Shown here: positions 8,071 to 17,030 of the stretch, piece by piece
Position numbering within the stretch: the first letter of the stretch is position 1
Layout: every line of letters starts with the position of its first letter
Origin: Patescibacteria group bacterium
Lineage (GTDB): Bacteria > Patescibacteriota > Patescibacteriia > Magasanikbacterales > GWA2-37-8
DNA: 55,705 nt
Direction: 5' to 3'
Assembly: GCA_022710645.1 (NCBI GenBank)
Contig: JAKLGL010000001.1
Coordinates: 473,296-529,000, forward strand
The notes under the pieces: model-generated
The model's input: the letters and a program-made list of their open reading frames with translations, nothing else
What the model was told of the DNA's origin: nothing
The model's database searches: none
Made by a program: the position numbers and the translations under genes

Positions 8071-10981
8071 ATCCCCTTTTTATCCACTTACCAACCAGAG
8101 CCAGAGCGGTTTTGAATATAGCACCCTTGTTCTTGAATAAAACGCCAAAAAATAATGCCGAAAAACCGCCAAGCGTAGCTGTAATATAATTACCTGCCGT
8201 TTCCTTGCTATTGTTTTCACTGTTTAACTCCTGGTTTTGGGTTAAACCCCCTGTTCTGGTCTTTGTAATATCTGTTTGTCCCCTGGGCCAGACCTGCCAA
8301 CCCGCTTTTCCGACTTCCAATATACCAACAACTTCGATCATGTCTCCAACTTTGAAATTTTTCTTATCTATCCCCGTATTCTTTTTCAAATAAACAACTA
8401 TTTCATCATTACCATCATCAAGATAAAAATAATTTGATTTGATACTTGTTATCTCTCCAGACAATTTTACTAATGCGCCGAGATTTTCTTCATTCAACTC
8501 TTCCAATGTGGTGGAAACAAAATTTATTTGCGCATTGTTTTCCAAAATAACAAAATCCGCTTTGGTTTTTGTTTTTAATCTTTGTACGCCTTGCGCGTTG
8601 CTTATCTCTCCTTTTACTTTTATTACATCACCAACTTTCAGTTGCGGCCAATCTTTTTTGAAATTATAAATTTGAATTCCGGATTCTCCGTCCGTAACAT
8701 ACATATATTGAGTTCCAAAAATATTTGGCAAGACGACAACTGTTCCCTGTGTAATAACTAAATCTCCGACTTCACTCTCACGAACTTCGGATAAATTTTT
8801 TATCAGATAACCTTTACCCGAGCTTTTCACACTCGAGAGAGATACCTCGTTTTGTTTTTCCAATAATTTTCCCGGATTTATTTCCGTCGTCCAAAACCAG
8901 GCTCCGTCAAAAAAACAATAACTCTTGCCTTCCGGGGCTTTTTCATATTTTACCAAATCAACCGTCTCGTCATTTTCATCAAGTAAAAAAATTTTATCCT
9001 CCGTATTGGTCAAGGTCAGTTTGGTAACTTCCTGATACAAAATCAAAAAACTTTTCGGCTCTATCTTTACCGCTTCCGGAATAGTATAAATTTTGTTATT
9101 TTTATTTTTTAACTTCCAACCGGACAAATCCACACCTGTTTCGTCCATATTATAGAGTTCAATAAACTCTCCTTTATCCGTGCCTTCGGGATTGGGTAAA
9201 ACTTCGCTTATTATTACCTGGCGTTTTGGTAAATTTTCCAAATAATCCACCTTTATTTCTATGGTTTTATCCACAGAATCTCCCAAAGAACTGGTAACAA
9301 CGAGTTTTGCGGTAAAAATTCCAGAGGTTGCAAATATTTTGCTTATTTCTTCACCAGTTAAGGTAGAATTATCGCTAAAGTTCCACAAAAAACCAAGTGT
9401 TCCACCACGACTATCAGAGCTCTCTGAAGCGTCAAAAATAACAATTTCGCCAATTTCAGCGGTTTTTGGATATTTAATATCCACAGTTATCCCCAAGTTG
9501 TCCACATTTACATATTTATTAGTCAAACCAGGCGTAATTTCCGCTGTCCATAGCCAATTTCCTTTATCGTCTCGCATATAACTCTGACCCTCAAAAGCCT
9601 TATTATAGTTTATCTTATCAACTATTTTTCCGCTAGAGTCAGCCAATTTTACCTCTTCCAGGGTAGAATTGTTGAGCGCAATACCTGTTTTTTCTCTTTT
9701 ATACACAGCTATTTCTCCAGCCCCTAAGTTACCTGACAATACATACTTTTTAACTAAATCCGATATAGTCCAACCTGACAAATTAACAGTTTCTGTCCCC
9801 GTATTTCTGATTTCTATAAATTCATCTGCCGTGTCGGAACCTACGGGATCGGGGTAAATCTCATTTAAGACAATCTTGTCACTAGTTTGAGCTAAAACCG
9901 TCAAAATCGGGATTTCTAATACTACCGGCGGAATATATGTTCCTCCTCCGCCAATATTAACTACCGGCGCAGTAATAATGTTGGTGCTGTTTTTGGTTAA
10001 ACTGGTCGTGATCGCCCAATCCAGATTATTGTCCGTATCTTGACCGTCCTTTTTTCTGGCCAAACTTTGTCCGGATTCTGGAATCAAATCTCCATTATAG
10101 ATTATTTTATCCATTTCTTCCCCTTTATCATTTCTCAAAATCACACTATCGCCTGAATTATTCAAAAAACTTCGCGTATCCAAATCAAACAAAAACCAAG
10201 CGTTGGCAGAAATAATTCCATTGATCGATTTGCAACCAGAAGTTGATGTCGCTCCCCGTTCGTCACAAAGATAACCTCCGGTTAAATCAAGCGAGGTTGT
10301 ACTATTATTATAAAATTCCACCCATTCATTTTCATCACCCTGTGGCGCACAAGCAAATTCATTGATTTTTATATTTTGCCAAAGAGTTGAAGTGTCTATG
10401 ATTGGCGTAGATGTAGGAGTTGTGGTTGGAGGATCGCTCGGGATTGTTCCAGTCGAAAAAATACTGTTTATTAAACCAACGGTATTTGCACTTATGTGTT
10501 CAGCCCAATTGTCCGCGCTATAATCGCTCAAATATGGATTTTTTCTTTCCAAAGAATAATCGGGCGCGGAAATATAAGTAAATTGCTCTATAAAATTACT
10601 ATCTGCGTCTTTGATTCCGATTTCTTCTCCGCTTTCATTTAGTGTGCTCCAAGAAGAATCAAAAACAGAACCCAAAAAACCAGTGTATTTCTCCAGAAAT
10701 TTATCAGCATCTTGACAAATAACGGCATATTCGCCGGGATCTACAATTGAATCAGTGGTGCTAACAGATAAACCGTGGTTGGTGCTTTGTTCCCAAAATT
10801 TCCATTGTAAAATATCTACAGCTTCGCTACCTTTATTATATATTTCCACCCATTCATAACCGTTACTTTCATAAGCGCCGATTTCATTGATAACAATATC
10901 ACTGTTGGCGGCCATTAAAAAATTAAAAATAAAAAAACTACCAAAAAAGATAACCCAAATAAATAAAACTTTGTGTTTCAT
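8069..10981 (-). CDS. large secreted/anchored protein: 4 lamin-tail domains + PKD domain + 2 OB-fold modules + C-terminal TM
   Basis: 970 aa. Signal peptide MKHKVLFIWVIFFGSFFIFNFLMA. LTD motifs: VINEIGAYESNGYEWVEIYN, IKINEFACAP..NEWVEFYN, IVLNEIYPDP..DEFIEIRN, VIISEVLPNP..GEFIELYN. PKD-like: IFDASESSD...FLWNFSD. Two OB-like modules of the VKVKGEIS..G..Q type. Hydrophobic C-terminal helix. Confidence 0.85.
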   Translation of the reverse strand: MKHKVLFIWVIFFGSFFIFNFLMAANSDIVINEIGAYESNGYEWVEIYNKGSEAVDILQWKFWEQSTNHGLSVSTTDSIVDPGEYAVICQDADKFLEKYTGFLGSVFDSSWSTLNESGEEIGIKDADSNFIEQFTYISAPDYSLERKNPYLSDYSADNWAEHISANTVGLINSIFSTGTIPSDPPTTTPTSTPIIDTSTLWQNIKINEFACAPQGDENEWVEFYNNSTTSLDLTGGYLCDERGATSTSGCKSINGIISANAWFLFDLDTRSFLNNSGDSVILRNDKGEEMDKIIYNGDLIPESGQSLARKKDGQDTDNNLDWAITTSLTKNSTNIITAPVVNIGGGGTYIPPVVLEIPILTVLAQTSDKIVLNEIYPDPVGSDTADEFIEIRNTGTETVNLSGWTISDLVKKYVLSGNLGAGEIAVYKREKTGIALNNSTLEEVKLADSSGKIVDKINYNKAFEGQSYMRDDKGNWLWTAEITPGLTNKYVNVDNLGITVDIKYPKTAEIGEIVIFDASESSDSRGGTLGFLWNFSDNSTLTGEEISKIFATSGIFTAKLVVTSSLGDSVDKTIEIKVDYLENLPKRQVIISEVLPNPEGTDKGEFIELYNMDETGVDLSGWKLKNKNNKIYTIPEAVKIEPKSFLILYQEVTKLTLTNTEDKIFLLDENDETVDLVKYEKAPEGKSYCFFDGAWFWTTEINPGKLLEKQNEVSLSSVKSSGKGYLIKNLSEVRESEVGDLVITQGTVVVLPNIFGTQYMYVTDGESGIQIYNFKKDWPQLKVGDVIKVKGEISNAQGVQRLKTKTKADFVILENNAQINFVSTTLEELNEENLGALVKLSGEITSIKSNYFYLDDGNDEIVVYLKKNTGIDKKNFKVGDMIEVVGILEVGKAGWQVWPRGQTDITKTRTGGLTQNQELNSENNSKETAGNYITATLGGFSALFFGVLFKNKGAIFKTALALVGKWIKRG

Positions 10982-11110
10982 ACCCTCCTTAGAAATAAAT
11001 TATGAAAAAATTATAGCATATTTTGGAAGCTCTTTCCATCGCCTGGCTTGTCTTGACTTATTTGACCGATTTTTATATAATTCCCGTATAAGTAAAGCTA
11101 ATTTACGAGT

Positions 11111-11503
11111 ATGGCTAATAAGAAAACCCCTTTCTCTCAAGAGTTTATTGAAAACATCAAAAAACAACTTTTGGAAGAAAAAGACAAAACAGAAAAAGAG
11201 TTAAACAAGTTTACTACCAAAAACCCTCATGTTAGCGGAGATTTTGAAAGCAATTTTCCCGATTACGGCGATAAAGAAGACGAAAACGCCGCCGAAGTTG
11301 CCGATTATATCACCAACAAACCACTTGAAGAATCATTGGAAAAAAACTTGCGCGATGTCATCAAAACACTCGAACGTATAGACAAAGGTGATTATGGTAT
11401 TTGCAAATATTGTGGCAAGCCCATAGAAGAAAAACGTCTTTTAGCTCGTCCGGTGAGTTCCGCTTGTATCGAATGTAAGAAAACTATTACTCAGGAACTC
11501 TAA
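11111..11503 (+). CDS. DksA/TraR-family C4 zinc-finger protein
   Basis: 130 aa; CKYCGKPIEEKRLLARPVSSACIECK four-Cys finger at the C-terminus, acidic coiled N-terminal part. Confidence 0.85.
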   Translation: MANKKTPFSQEFIENIKKQLLEEKDKTEKELNKFTTKNPHVSGDFESNFPDYGDKEDENAAEVADYITNKPLEESLEKNLRDVIKTLERIDKGDYGICKYCGKPIEEKRLLARPVSSACIECKKTITQEL

Positions 11504-11509
11504 AAATTT

Positions 11510-11950
11510 ATGTTCAAAGGAGACCGCCGATCGCTTTTATTTTTGTTCGGCGGTTTTTTTATTTTACTGGATTTATTATTCAAACAACTGGCTTTGTTTG
11601 TTTTTCCAAGTCCAGTTTTTATTTTTGGCAAGGTAGGTTGGGCGCCGACTCTCAACCCGGGGATAGCTTTTAGTATTCCCTTATCAAATATTTTGATTAT
11701 CATTTTAACTTTGATAACTCTTTGTTTTTTTTCTTATCTTATCGCCATTGAAAAAAACAAAAATTCTCGCTTCGGTTTAATCGTGGCGACTTTTGGCGCT
11801 ATCTCCAATTTAATTGATAGAATTTTTTATCAAAATACGATAGATTATTTACAAGTTTATATCAGCGTATTCAATCTGGCTGATGTTCTGATTGTTGTTG
11901 GTATAGGTATTTATCTTTTAACTTTAAAACAATGTCATTCTGAGCGCTAG
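11510..11950 (+). CDS. lspA: lipoprotein signal peptidase II
   Basis: 146 aa; NPGIAFS, GAISNLIDRIFY..TIDYL, FNLADVLIVVG motifs; 4 TM helices. Confidence 0.9.
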   Translation: MFKGDRRSLLFLFGGFFILLDLLFKQLALFVFPSPVFIFGKVGWAPTLNPGIAFSIPLSNILIIILTLITLCFFSYLIAIEKNKNSRFGLIVATFGAISNLIDRIFYQNTIDYLQVYISVFNLADVLIVVGIGIYLLTLKQCHSER

Positions 11951-12010
11951 CGAAGAACCTGTAAACAGCAATAACCTTTCTTGCAGATCCTTCATTGCAT
12001 TCAGGATGAC
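11934..12010. repeat. palindromic intergenic element (GTCATTCTGAGCG...ATTCAGGATGAC type)
   Basis: Left arm gtcattctgagcgctagcgaagaacctg (11934-11961) is an imperfect reverse complement of the right arm cagatccttcattgcattcaggatgac (11984-12010). The left arm supplies the last lspA codons. Confidence 0.6.
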
Positions 12011-12030
12011 AATGTTTGCCATTTATTATT

Positions 12031-13548
12031 ATGTTTTACAAACTCCCCTCCGCCTCCATCGTTGGTCTGGATTGTCTGCCGGTGGAAGTGGAAATTGATT
12101 TGAATAAAGGACAAACCGCTTTTAACATTGTCGGCTTGGCTGACACTTCCATCAAAGAAGCCAAAGATCGTATTCATTCCGCTCTCAAAAATTCCGGTTT
12201 TAAATATCCGTTTAATTTTCGAGTGGTAATAAATTTGGCACCCGCAGATTTAAGTAAAGAAGGTCCGCTTTATGATTTGCCGATGGCTGTCGGTCTTATA
12301 GTTTTGAGCAATGGTTGGAATTTGGATTTATCCGATAGTTTTATGGTCGGAGAATTGGCACTTGATGGAAAAGTTCGTCATACGGCCGGAATATTATCTC
12401 TGGCTCTTTATGCCAAAGCAAATAATTTCAAAAGAATGTTTGTTCCCGAAGATGACGCGCCGGAAGCGGCTATGGTTTCGGATTTAGAAATTTATCCGGT
12501 AAATAATCTGACTCAACTGATTTCTCATCTTCAAGGAGAAGTTTTGATAACCCCTATTAAAAACCGTCAATTCAAAGATGATTACGTCATTCCACAATAT
12601 GAAATGGATATGGCGCTAATAAAAGGACAAGAATTTGCCAAACGCGCTTTGGAAATTGCCGCAGCCGGTGGACATAATATCTTGATGAGTGGACCTCCGG
12701 GTTCAGGAAAAACATTACTCGCCAAATCTCTACCTTCGGTTTTACCATCTCTGACCAATGAAGAATCTCTGGAAGTTACCAAAATTTATTCTGTCGCCGG
12801 CATGCTCCAAAAAAATTTGGTTCGTGAGCGTCCTTTTCGTAGTCCGCATCATACAGTTTCCAATGTCGCGCTCGTCGGTGGCGGTAGATATCCGCGACCC
12901 GGAGAAATATCACTTTCTCATCGTGGAGTTTTGTTCTTGGATGAATTTCCCGAATTTCCTCGCACGGTTTTGGAAAGTTTGCGTCAACCGCTAGAAGACG
13001 GCACAGTCACAGTTTCTCGTGCCGCCGGTACATTATCTTTTCCCGCTCGTTTTATTCTCGTAGCTTCGCAAAACCCTTGTCCATGCGGTTATCTCGGTGA
13101 TCCAGACCATGATTGTACTTGCACTCCCAATCAAATAATAAATTACAAAAAGAAAATCAGCGGACCGCTTCTTGACCGCATTGATTTACACATTGAAGTT
13201 CCAAGATTAAATTTTGAAAAACTTAGCTCTGAACGATTAGGCGAAAGCTCGGCTACTATTCGCACACGTGTGGAAGAAGCTCGTCAAAAACAAACGGAAA
13301 GGTTCAAAAATTCGCCGGTAAAAACCAATGCGGAAATGCGTAATCAAGAAATCAAAGAATTTTGTCGGTTGGATGAATCGTCGCTCGAACTTCTCAAAAC
13401 CGCAGTGGAACAAATGAAGCTTTCCGCCCGATCATATAACCGCTTACTAAAATTATCCCGAACCATCGCCGACCTGGCTGGAAGTGAAAATATAGAGTTG
13501 CAACATTTAGCGGAAGCGATACAATATAGACATAAGGAACAAGAATGA
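12031..13548 (+). CDS. comM: Mg-chelatase-like AAA+ protein YifB/ComM
   Basis: Track ORF starts at 12016; Met at 12031 (MFYKLPSASIVG) is the family-typical start. GPPGSGKTLLAK Walker A, VLFLDEFPEF Walker B, CPCGY...C.C zinc motif. Confidence 0.9.
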   Translation: MFYKLPSASIVGLDCLPVEVEIDLNKGQTAFNIVGLADTSIKEAKDRIHSALKNSGFKYPFNFRVVINLAPADLSKEGPLYDLPMAVGLIVLSNGWNLDLSDSFMVGELALDGKVRHTAGILSLALYAKANNFKRMFVPEDDAPEAAMVSDLEIYPVNNLTQLISHLQGEVLITPIKNRQFKDDYVIPQYEMDMALIKGQEFAKRALEIAAAGGHNILMSGPPGSGKTLLAKSLPSVLPSLTNEESLEVTKIYSVAGMLQKNLVRERPFRSPHHTVSNVALVGGGRYPRPGEISLSHRGVLFLDEFPEFPRTVLESLRQPLEDGTVTVSRAAGTLSFPARFILVASQNPCPCGYLGDPDHDCTCTPNQIINYKKKISGPLLDRIDLHIEVPRLNFEKLSSERLGESSATIRTRVEEARQKQTERFKNSPVKTNAEMRNQEIKEFCRLDESSLELLKTAVEQMKLSARSYNRLLKLSRTIADLAGSENIELQHLAEAIQYRHKEQE

Positions 13549-13553
13549 TATTG

Positions 13554-13585
13554 TCATTCCCGCCTCCGAGCGGGAATTCAGGATA
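13554..13585. repeat. second copy of the GTCATTC...ATTCAGGAT palindromic element family; perfect hairpin
   Basis: gtcattcccgc-ctccga-gcgggaattcaggat; stem attcccgc/gcgggaat. Shares the 5' tgtcattc and 3' attcaggat ends with the element at 11934. Confidence 0.55.
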
Positions 13586-13629
13586 TTAAATTAATAAATT
13601 TATTAAATACCTAATATTTTAAAAATATT

Positions 13630-13887
13630 ATGACTAAAATAAAAAACTTTTTTAAACTTTATCTTGGAGAAATTTTAATAATTATCGGTATTTTTATTTT
13701 TTCTTCTAATATATTAAATTTTTCTTCTTATCCTATCACAAAAAAAGGTCTTGGCTGTACAGCGGGTAAGCATTGTGACCCTGTTTATGCTGTAGAATAT
13801 AATTACGACCAAACAACTCAAAAAAAAGTATCTTTTGGAAGCACACTGATTGTTGTTGGGTTGTTAATAAAAAAACCAAAAAACTAA
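13630..13887 (+). CDS. small membrane protein, unknown function
   Basis: 85 aa with hydrophobic helices near the N-terminus and at the C-terminus; very AT-rich. Confidence 0.5.
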   Translation: MTKIKNFFKLYLGEILIIIGIFIFSSNILNFSSYPITKKGLGCTAGKHCDPVYAVEYNYDQTTQKKVSFGSTLIVVGLLIKKPKN

Positions 13888-13902
13888 GCAATCTTTTAAA
13901 AT

Positions 13903-13937
13903 AAAAAAACAAGTTAGTTTTGAACTTGTTTTTTTAT
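13903..13937. terminator. bidirectional terminator
   Basis: aaaaaaacaagtt-agttttg-aacttgttttttt. Confidence 0.7.
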
Positions 13938-13944
13938 TTAAAAA

Positions 13945-14931
13945 CTATTCTTCATTTTTTATATCGTCTGTGGGAAAAACCTGCGCTTGAATTGGTTTAG
14001 ATGCAGGATAATATTCTAAAACCTTTTCTACTTCATTTACTGTTGCATCCATATTAATAACTCCATCTATTTTCTTTAATTTCTGAATTAATCTAACCTT
14101 TAATACATCCGTATAATGTAACCTTATTTTATTATCTCTGTACTGCTCTAAAAATTTTTCATCTTTAATGGTGGCCTTTAGTATTTGTTCGCCAGTTCCA
14201 CCTAATCTAAATGACCACTGTCTTGGATCTGCGTCAAAACTACCCCGTTTAGGGCTAACAAATACATCCGTGCTATTAATAACTTCTTCTTCTACAGCCA
14301 GAGATAGAAGATGAGCCTCAGAATAATTTTTTAAACTCTTGGCAATGCTTTTTCCGAATACTTCTTTGGTGCTTTCTTTTTCGTCTTGGATATAACACTC
14401 CACACTTTCAATATTGTCGCTCTCTAGCGGCTTACCATAAGCACCATAAACAAAGTTCTGTATTTTGTAATTTGAAAATAATTGGTGTACTTTGCTATTT
14501 ACTGTAAAAGTATTTCCATCTTCTCCGGTATATCTGACTTCGTTAGGCTTTAGTTGTTCTACAGTTTTTGGTTTACCTTTCAATTTTTTAATTAACCAAA
14601 CCAAACTTCCACCTGTTCCAACAGCTCCGCCGCTTATTATTCCGATCCACTCTAACAATTCTTTGATTTCTCTAACATTTTCATTATTAACAAAATCTAT
14701 TATCTGTTGGAAATTGTTTTGTGCAAACAAAACAATATCAACAATAAAAGAACCCTTTTGAAAAGGTTTAACATTAACGGCAACATCTTTGCCTCCAGGA
14801 TTAAGAATTTTATTTGATTCTTTAATTAATTCTCCAACTGAAAGTAAAATTGGAGCTAACTCAAAAACATCAAAACCATCGCTAATATTTTTACCTTCTA
14901 ACCTATAAATAAAGTTTACCTTTTGAGACAT
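13945..14931 (-). CDS. orphan 328-aa protein with a central Gly-rich hydrophobic segment
   Basis: Long ORF with its own terminator (13903-13937) and its own upstream gap. WIGIISGGAVGTGGSLVWLI is a hydrophobic stretch. No motif I recognise. Confidence 0.75.
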   Translation of the reverse strand: MSQKVNFIYRLEGKNISDGFDVFELAPILLSVGELIKESNKILNPGGKDVAVNVKPFQKGSFIVDIVLFAQNNFQQIIDFVNNENVREIKELLEWIGIISGGAVGTGGSLVWLIKKLKGKPKTVEQLKPNEVRYTGEDGNTFTVNSKVHQLFSNYKIQNFVYGAYGKPLESDNIESVECYIQDEKESTKEVFGKSIAKSLKNYSEAHLLSLAVEEEVINSTDVFVSPKRGSFDADPRQWSFRLGGTGEQILKATIKDEKFLEQYRDNKIRLHYTDVLKVRLIQKLKKIDGVINMDATVNEVEKVLEYYPASKPIQAQVFPTDDIKNEE

Positions 14932-15010
14932 ATTTTATTTTTATATTTATATTATACACTATTTTAAAAAAATTAGAAAGAAAATGTTTTGTTTAAAAAC
15001 AAAACAACTA

Positions 15011-15037
15011 AAAAATAAGGCTGCTAACCTTATTTTT
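15011..15037 (-). terminator. terminator hairpin ending the six-gene minus-strand operon
   Basis: aaaaataagg-ctgctaa-ccttattttt, 10 nt downstream of the 117-aa ORF stop. Confidence 0.55.
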
Positions 15038-15046
15038 AATTTATTA

Positions 15047-15400
15047 TTATTTATTAGAGTCTTTCATTGCACTTAATGGTGAAGTATTAACCTCACCGGT
15101 TTCCGTATCCGTATAAGTTACCACGCACTCCTTCCAAAAATCATTATCATAAGTAACACCCATTACATTATTCCATTTTTTCATTACTCCGGATGAAAGC
15201 GATTTACAATTTTCTTGTTTTAATTTTAATTCCTCTATAGTATTTTTTAAATCTTGTTGTTGTTTTTCCTCTTGTAGTTGAACCCTTTGTTGTTTTTCGA
15301 TAGAATTTTGTTTATTTACCTGACTTATATAAATAAAAGTACCCAATATTAAAAAACCGAATAAAATACTAACTGGTAATATTAATTTTTGCTTATCCAT
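15047..15400 (-). CDS. N-terminally anchored coiled-coil protein (117 aa)
   Basis: TM helix LILPVSILFGFLILGTFIYI, then a Gln/Glu/Lys-rich coiled coil, then a Cys-containing C-terminal module. Confidence 0.7.
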   Translation of the reverse strand: MDKQKLILPVSILFGFLILGTFIYISQVNKQNSIEKQQRVQLQEEKQQQDLKNTIEELKLKQENCKSLSSGVMKKWNNVMGVTYDNDFWKECVVTYTDTETGEVNTSPLSAMKDSNK

Positions 15401-15433
15401 ATTTTAAAATTATTTATATTATAAAATTTTAGG

Positions 15434-15604
15434 TTATTTATTTTCTTTATAAAGTTTATATCCAATAAAACCACAACAAATAATAACTCCCCAATCAATT
15501 ATTTTCCACGTTGAAAAAGTCCAGTAAGACATTAGTCCTATAAAAACTATTCCCGCTAAAATCATCAAAATAATTCCGTAGTTTTTAAAAGTTTTTTTAT
15601 CCAT
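15434..15604 (-). CDS. small two-TM membrane protein (56 aa)
   Basis: Track ORF 15434..15664 overlaps the upstream gene. The Met at 15604 (MDKKTFKNYGIILMILAGIVFIGLMSYWTFSTWKIIDWGVIICCGFIGYKLYKENK) leaves an 8-nt gap. Confidence 0.55.
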   Translation of the reverse strand: MDKKTFKNYGIILMILAGIVFIGLMSYWTFSTWKIIDWGVIICCGFIGYKLYKENK

Positions 15605-15612
15605 ATTTTTAT

Positions 15613-16101
15613 TTAAATAAAAAATCCTGAAATTATTATAAAACACAAAAACACCCCTAAACAACCTGCTGTTTTACCGTTTTTTCCAAGATAGTTATTA
15701 ATATCATCTCCAAATTTTCCAACAAAGTCTATTCTGACTCTTCTTAATTTATTTTCTATCGCACGTTCACTAATATTGATAAGCTCTTCATAAAATTTAG
15801 AAGACACATCTTTGGGAATATTGTTTGTTTTAAGATTTTCTTCCATATTAGCTTTGGTTTTTTCCCAGTCTTCGATATAAGCGGAGTGTGTCCTGGCATA
15901 TTGAAAGCGATTATTACAGAGCTTTCTAAGTTCTTCGGCCTGTTTAAGCTCTTCTATAATCATTGTTTTTTCAAGATTTACTAACACTTCTTGTTCTTCT
16001 TTTGTAAACTCTTCAAATCTTTTTTGATCTTGTTCTGGTTTGTCTATAATATCTTCTCTAATGTCTTTTAAAAAATCATATTTATACTCTGTCATATTCA
16101 T
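15613..16101 (-). CDS. tail-anchored acidic coiled-coil protein (162 aa)
   Basis: Charged helical N-terminal 140 aa; C-terminal helix TAGCLGVFLCFIIISGFFI. Confidence 0.7.
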   Translation of the reverse strand: MNMTEYKYDFLKDIREDIIDKPEQDQKRFEEFTKEEQEVLVNLEKTMIIEELKQAEELRKLCNNRFQYARTHSAYIEDWEKTKANMEENLKTNNIPKDVSSKFYEELINISERAIENKLRRVRIDFVGKFGDDINNYLGKNGKTAGCLGVFLCFIIISGFFI

Positions 16102-16106
16102 TTTAT

Positions 16107-16652
16107 TTATTTAATTAAAAGTTCCCAATTATTTAAATAGAATTTTAAATCAATGGTTTTTTCAAAGTTGTCGTGAAAATCAAAAACTCTTTTATCATTA
16201 TGGTCAAGCCAAATAAAAAAATTATAATCATTTTTTTTGTTTAGCTTTTTATAACTACAGATATTGAACAAATCTTTTATTGGAACAATTAAATAATCAA
16301 TTTCCATCTCCATTTTAATATTACCCACAGTTATATTGTGTAAAACAAAAACAAAAAAATCAACTTTGTTTTTTGTATTAAAGATATCTTTTTTATTAAT
16401 ACTAAACCACGCGCTTCCGCCGGTGCCGTATCTTTTTATTTCTGCTTTCGTCGGCGAATAAGTTCTACTACCTTTTACTTGAATTGTTTTTGGGGTATTA
16501 TTTTTTAAATCAAGAAGAAGCAAGTCTATATTTTTCATTTGAACATTTAAAGGAAAAAATATCTCGAACTCTTTTTTGTTAAGTTGTTGTTTTATTTTAT
16601 CCGAGACTAAAAGCTCATCTACATTTAAAGCCCAAAGGTTTTTAATTCCCAT
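16107..16652 (-). CDS. PD-(D/E)xK nuclease-fold protein (181 aa)
   Basis: The Met at 16652 (MGIKNLW) avoids overlap with the upstream ORF. NIDLLLLD...TIQVKGSR resembles the D...(E/Q)xK core of restriction-endonuclease-like or Hjc-like proteins. Confidence 0.6.
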   Translation of the reverse strand: MGIKNLWALNVDELLVSDKIKQQLNKKEFEIFFPLNVQMKNIDLLLLDLKNNTPKTIQVKGSRTYSPTKAEIKRYGTGGSAWFSINKKDIFNTKNKVDFFVFVLHNITVGNIKMEMEIDYLIVPIKDLFNICSYKKLNKKNDYNFFIWLDHNDKRVFDFHDNFEKTIDLKFYLNNWELLIK

Positions 16653-16656
16653 ATTT

Positions 16657-17025
16657 TTATCTAAATAACTTTTTAAACCAGTTCCAAAAACTGTTATTTT
16701 CTTTAATCTCTTGCTTGCATCTTTTAGCAACAATAGTTAAAGCGTTTACAACTTCTTCTAAGTGACTATCTATAATACTATTAGGAATATGGAAGGTGTC
16801 AAAATTATTTTTTTTATAAGACCAGTAACTTCTATCAAAATCTGAATAAATTTGATTTGGGTTTGTAAAATGCTGTAATCCGTCAACTTCAATATTTATT
16901 TTTGCTTCGGGTATAGAAATATCAACAGTTTTATAACCATCACTATCATCTTCCAATTTACATTTAATACCCCTGTCCATTAAGGCATTGTACAAACTAG
17001 TTACTTGAGGTGTTACTCTATACAT
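16657..17025 (-). CDS. DUF559/Vsr-like endonuclease-fold protein (122 aa)
   Basis: KTVDISIPEAKINIEVDGLQH...DFDRSYW...FHIP matches the DUF559 pattern (vDF...IEvDG..H...D..R...). Confidence 0.65.
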   Translation of the reverse strand: MYRVTPQVTSLYNALMDRGIKCKLEDDSDGYKTVDISIPEAKINIEVDGLQHFTNPNQIYSDFDRSYWSYKKNNFDTFHIPNSIIDSHLEEVVNALTIVAKRCKQEIKENNSFWNWFKKLFR

Positions 17026-17030
17026 AAAAT

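Noticed and set aside
15605-16733. Long versions of the track ORFs 15434..15664 and 16107..16733, which overlap upstream genes by 52 and 77 nt.
   Set aside because: Internal Met codons at 15604 and 16652 give 8-nt and 4-nt gaps, consistent with the spacing of the rest of the operon. The extensions look like read-through of the upstream gene's 3' end in another frame.
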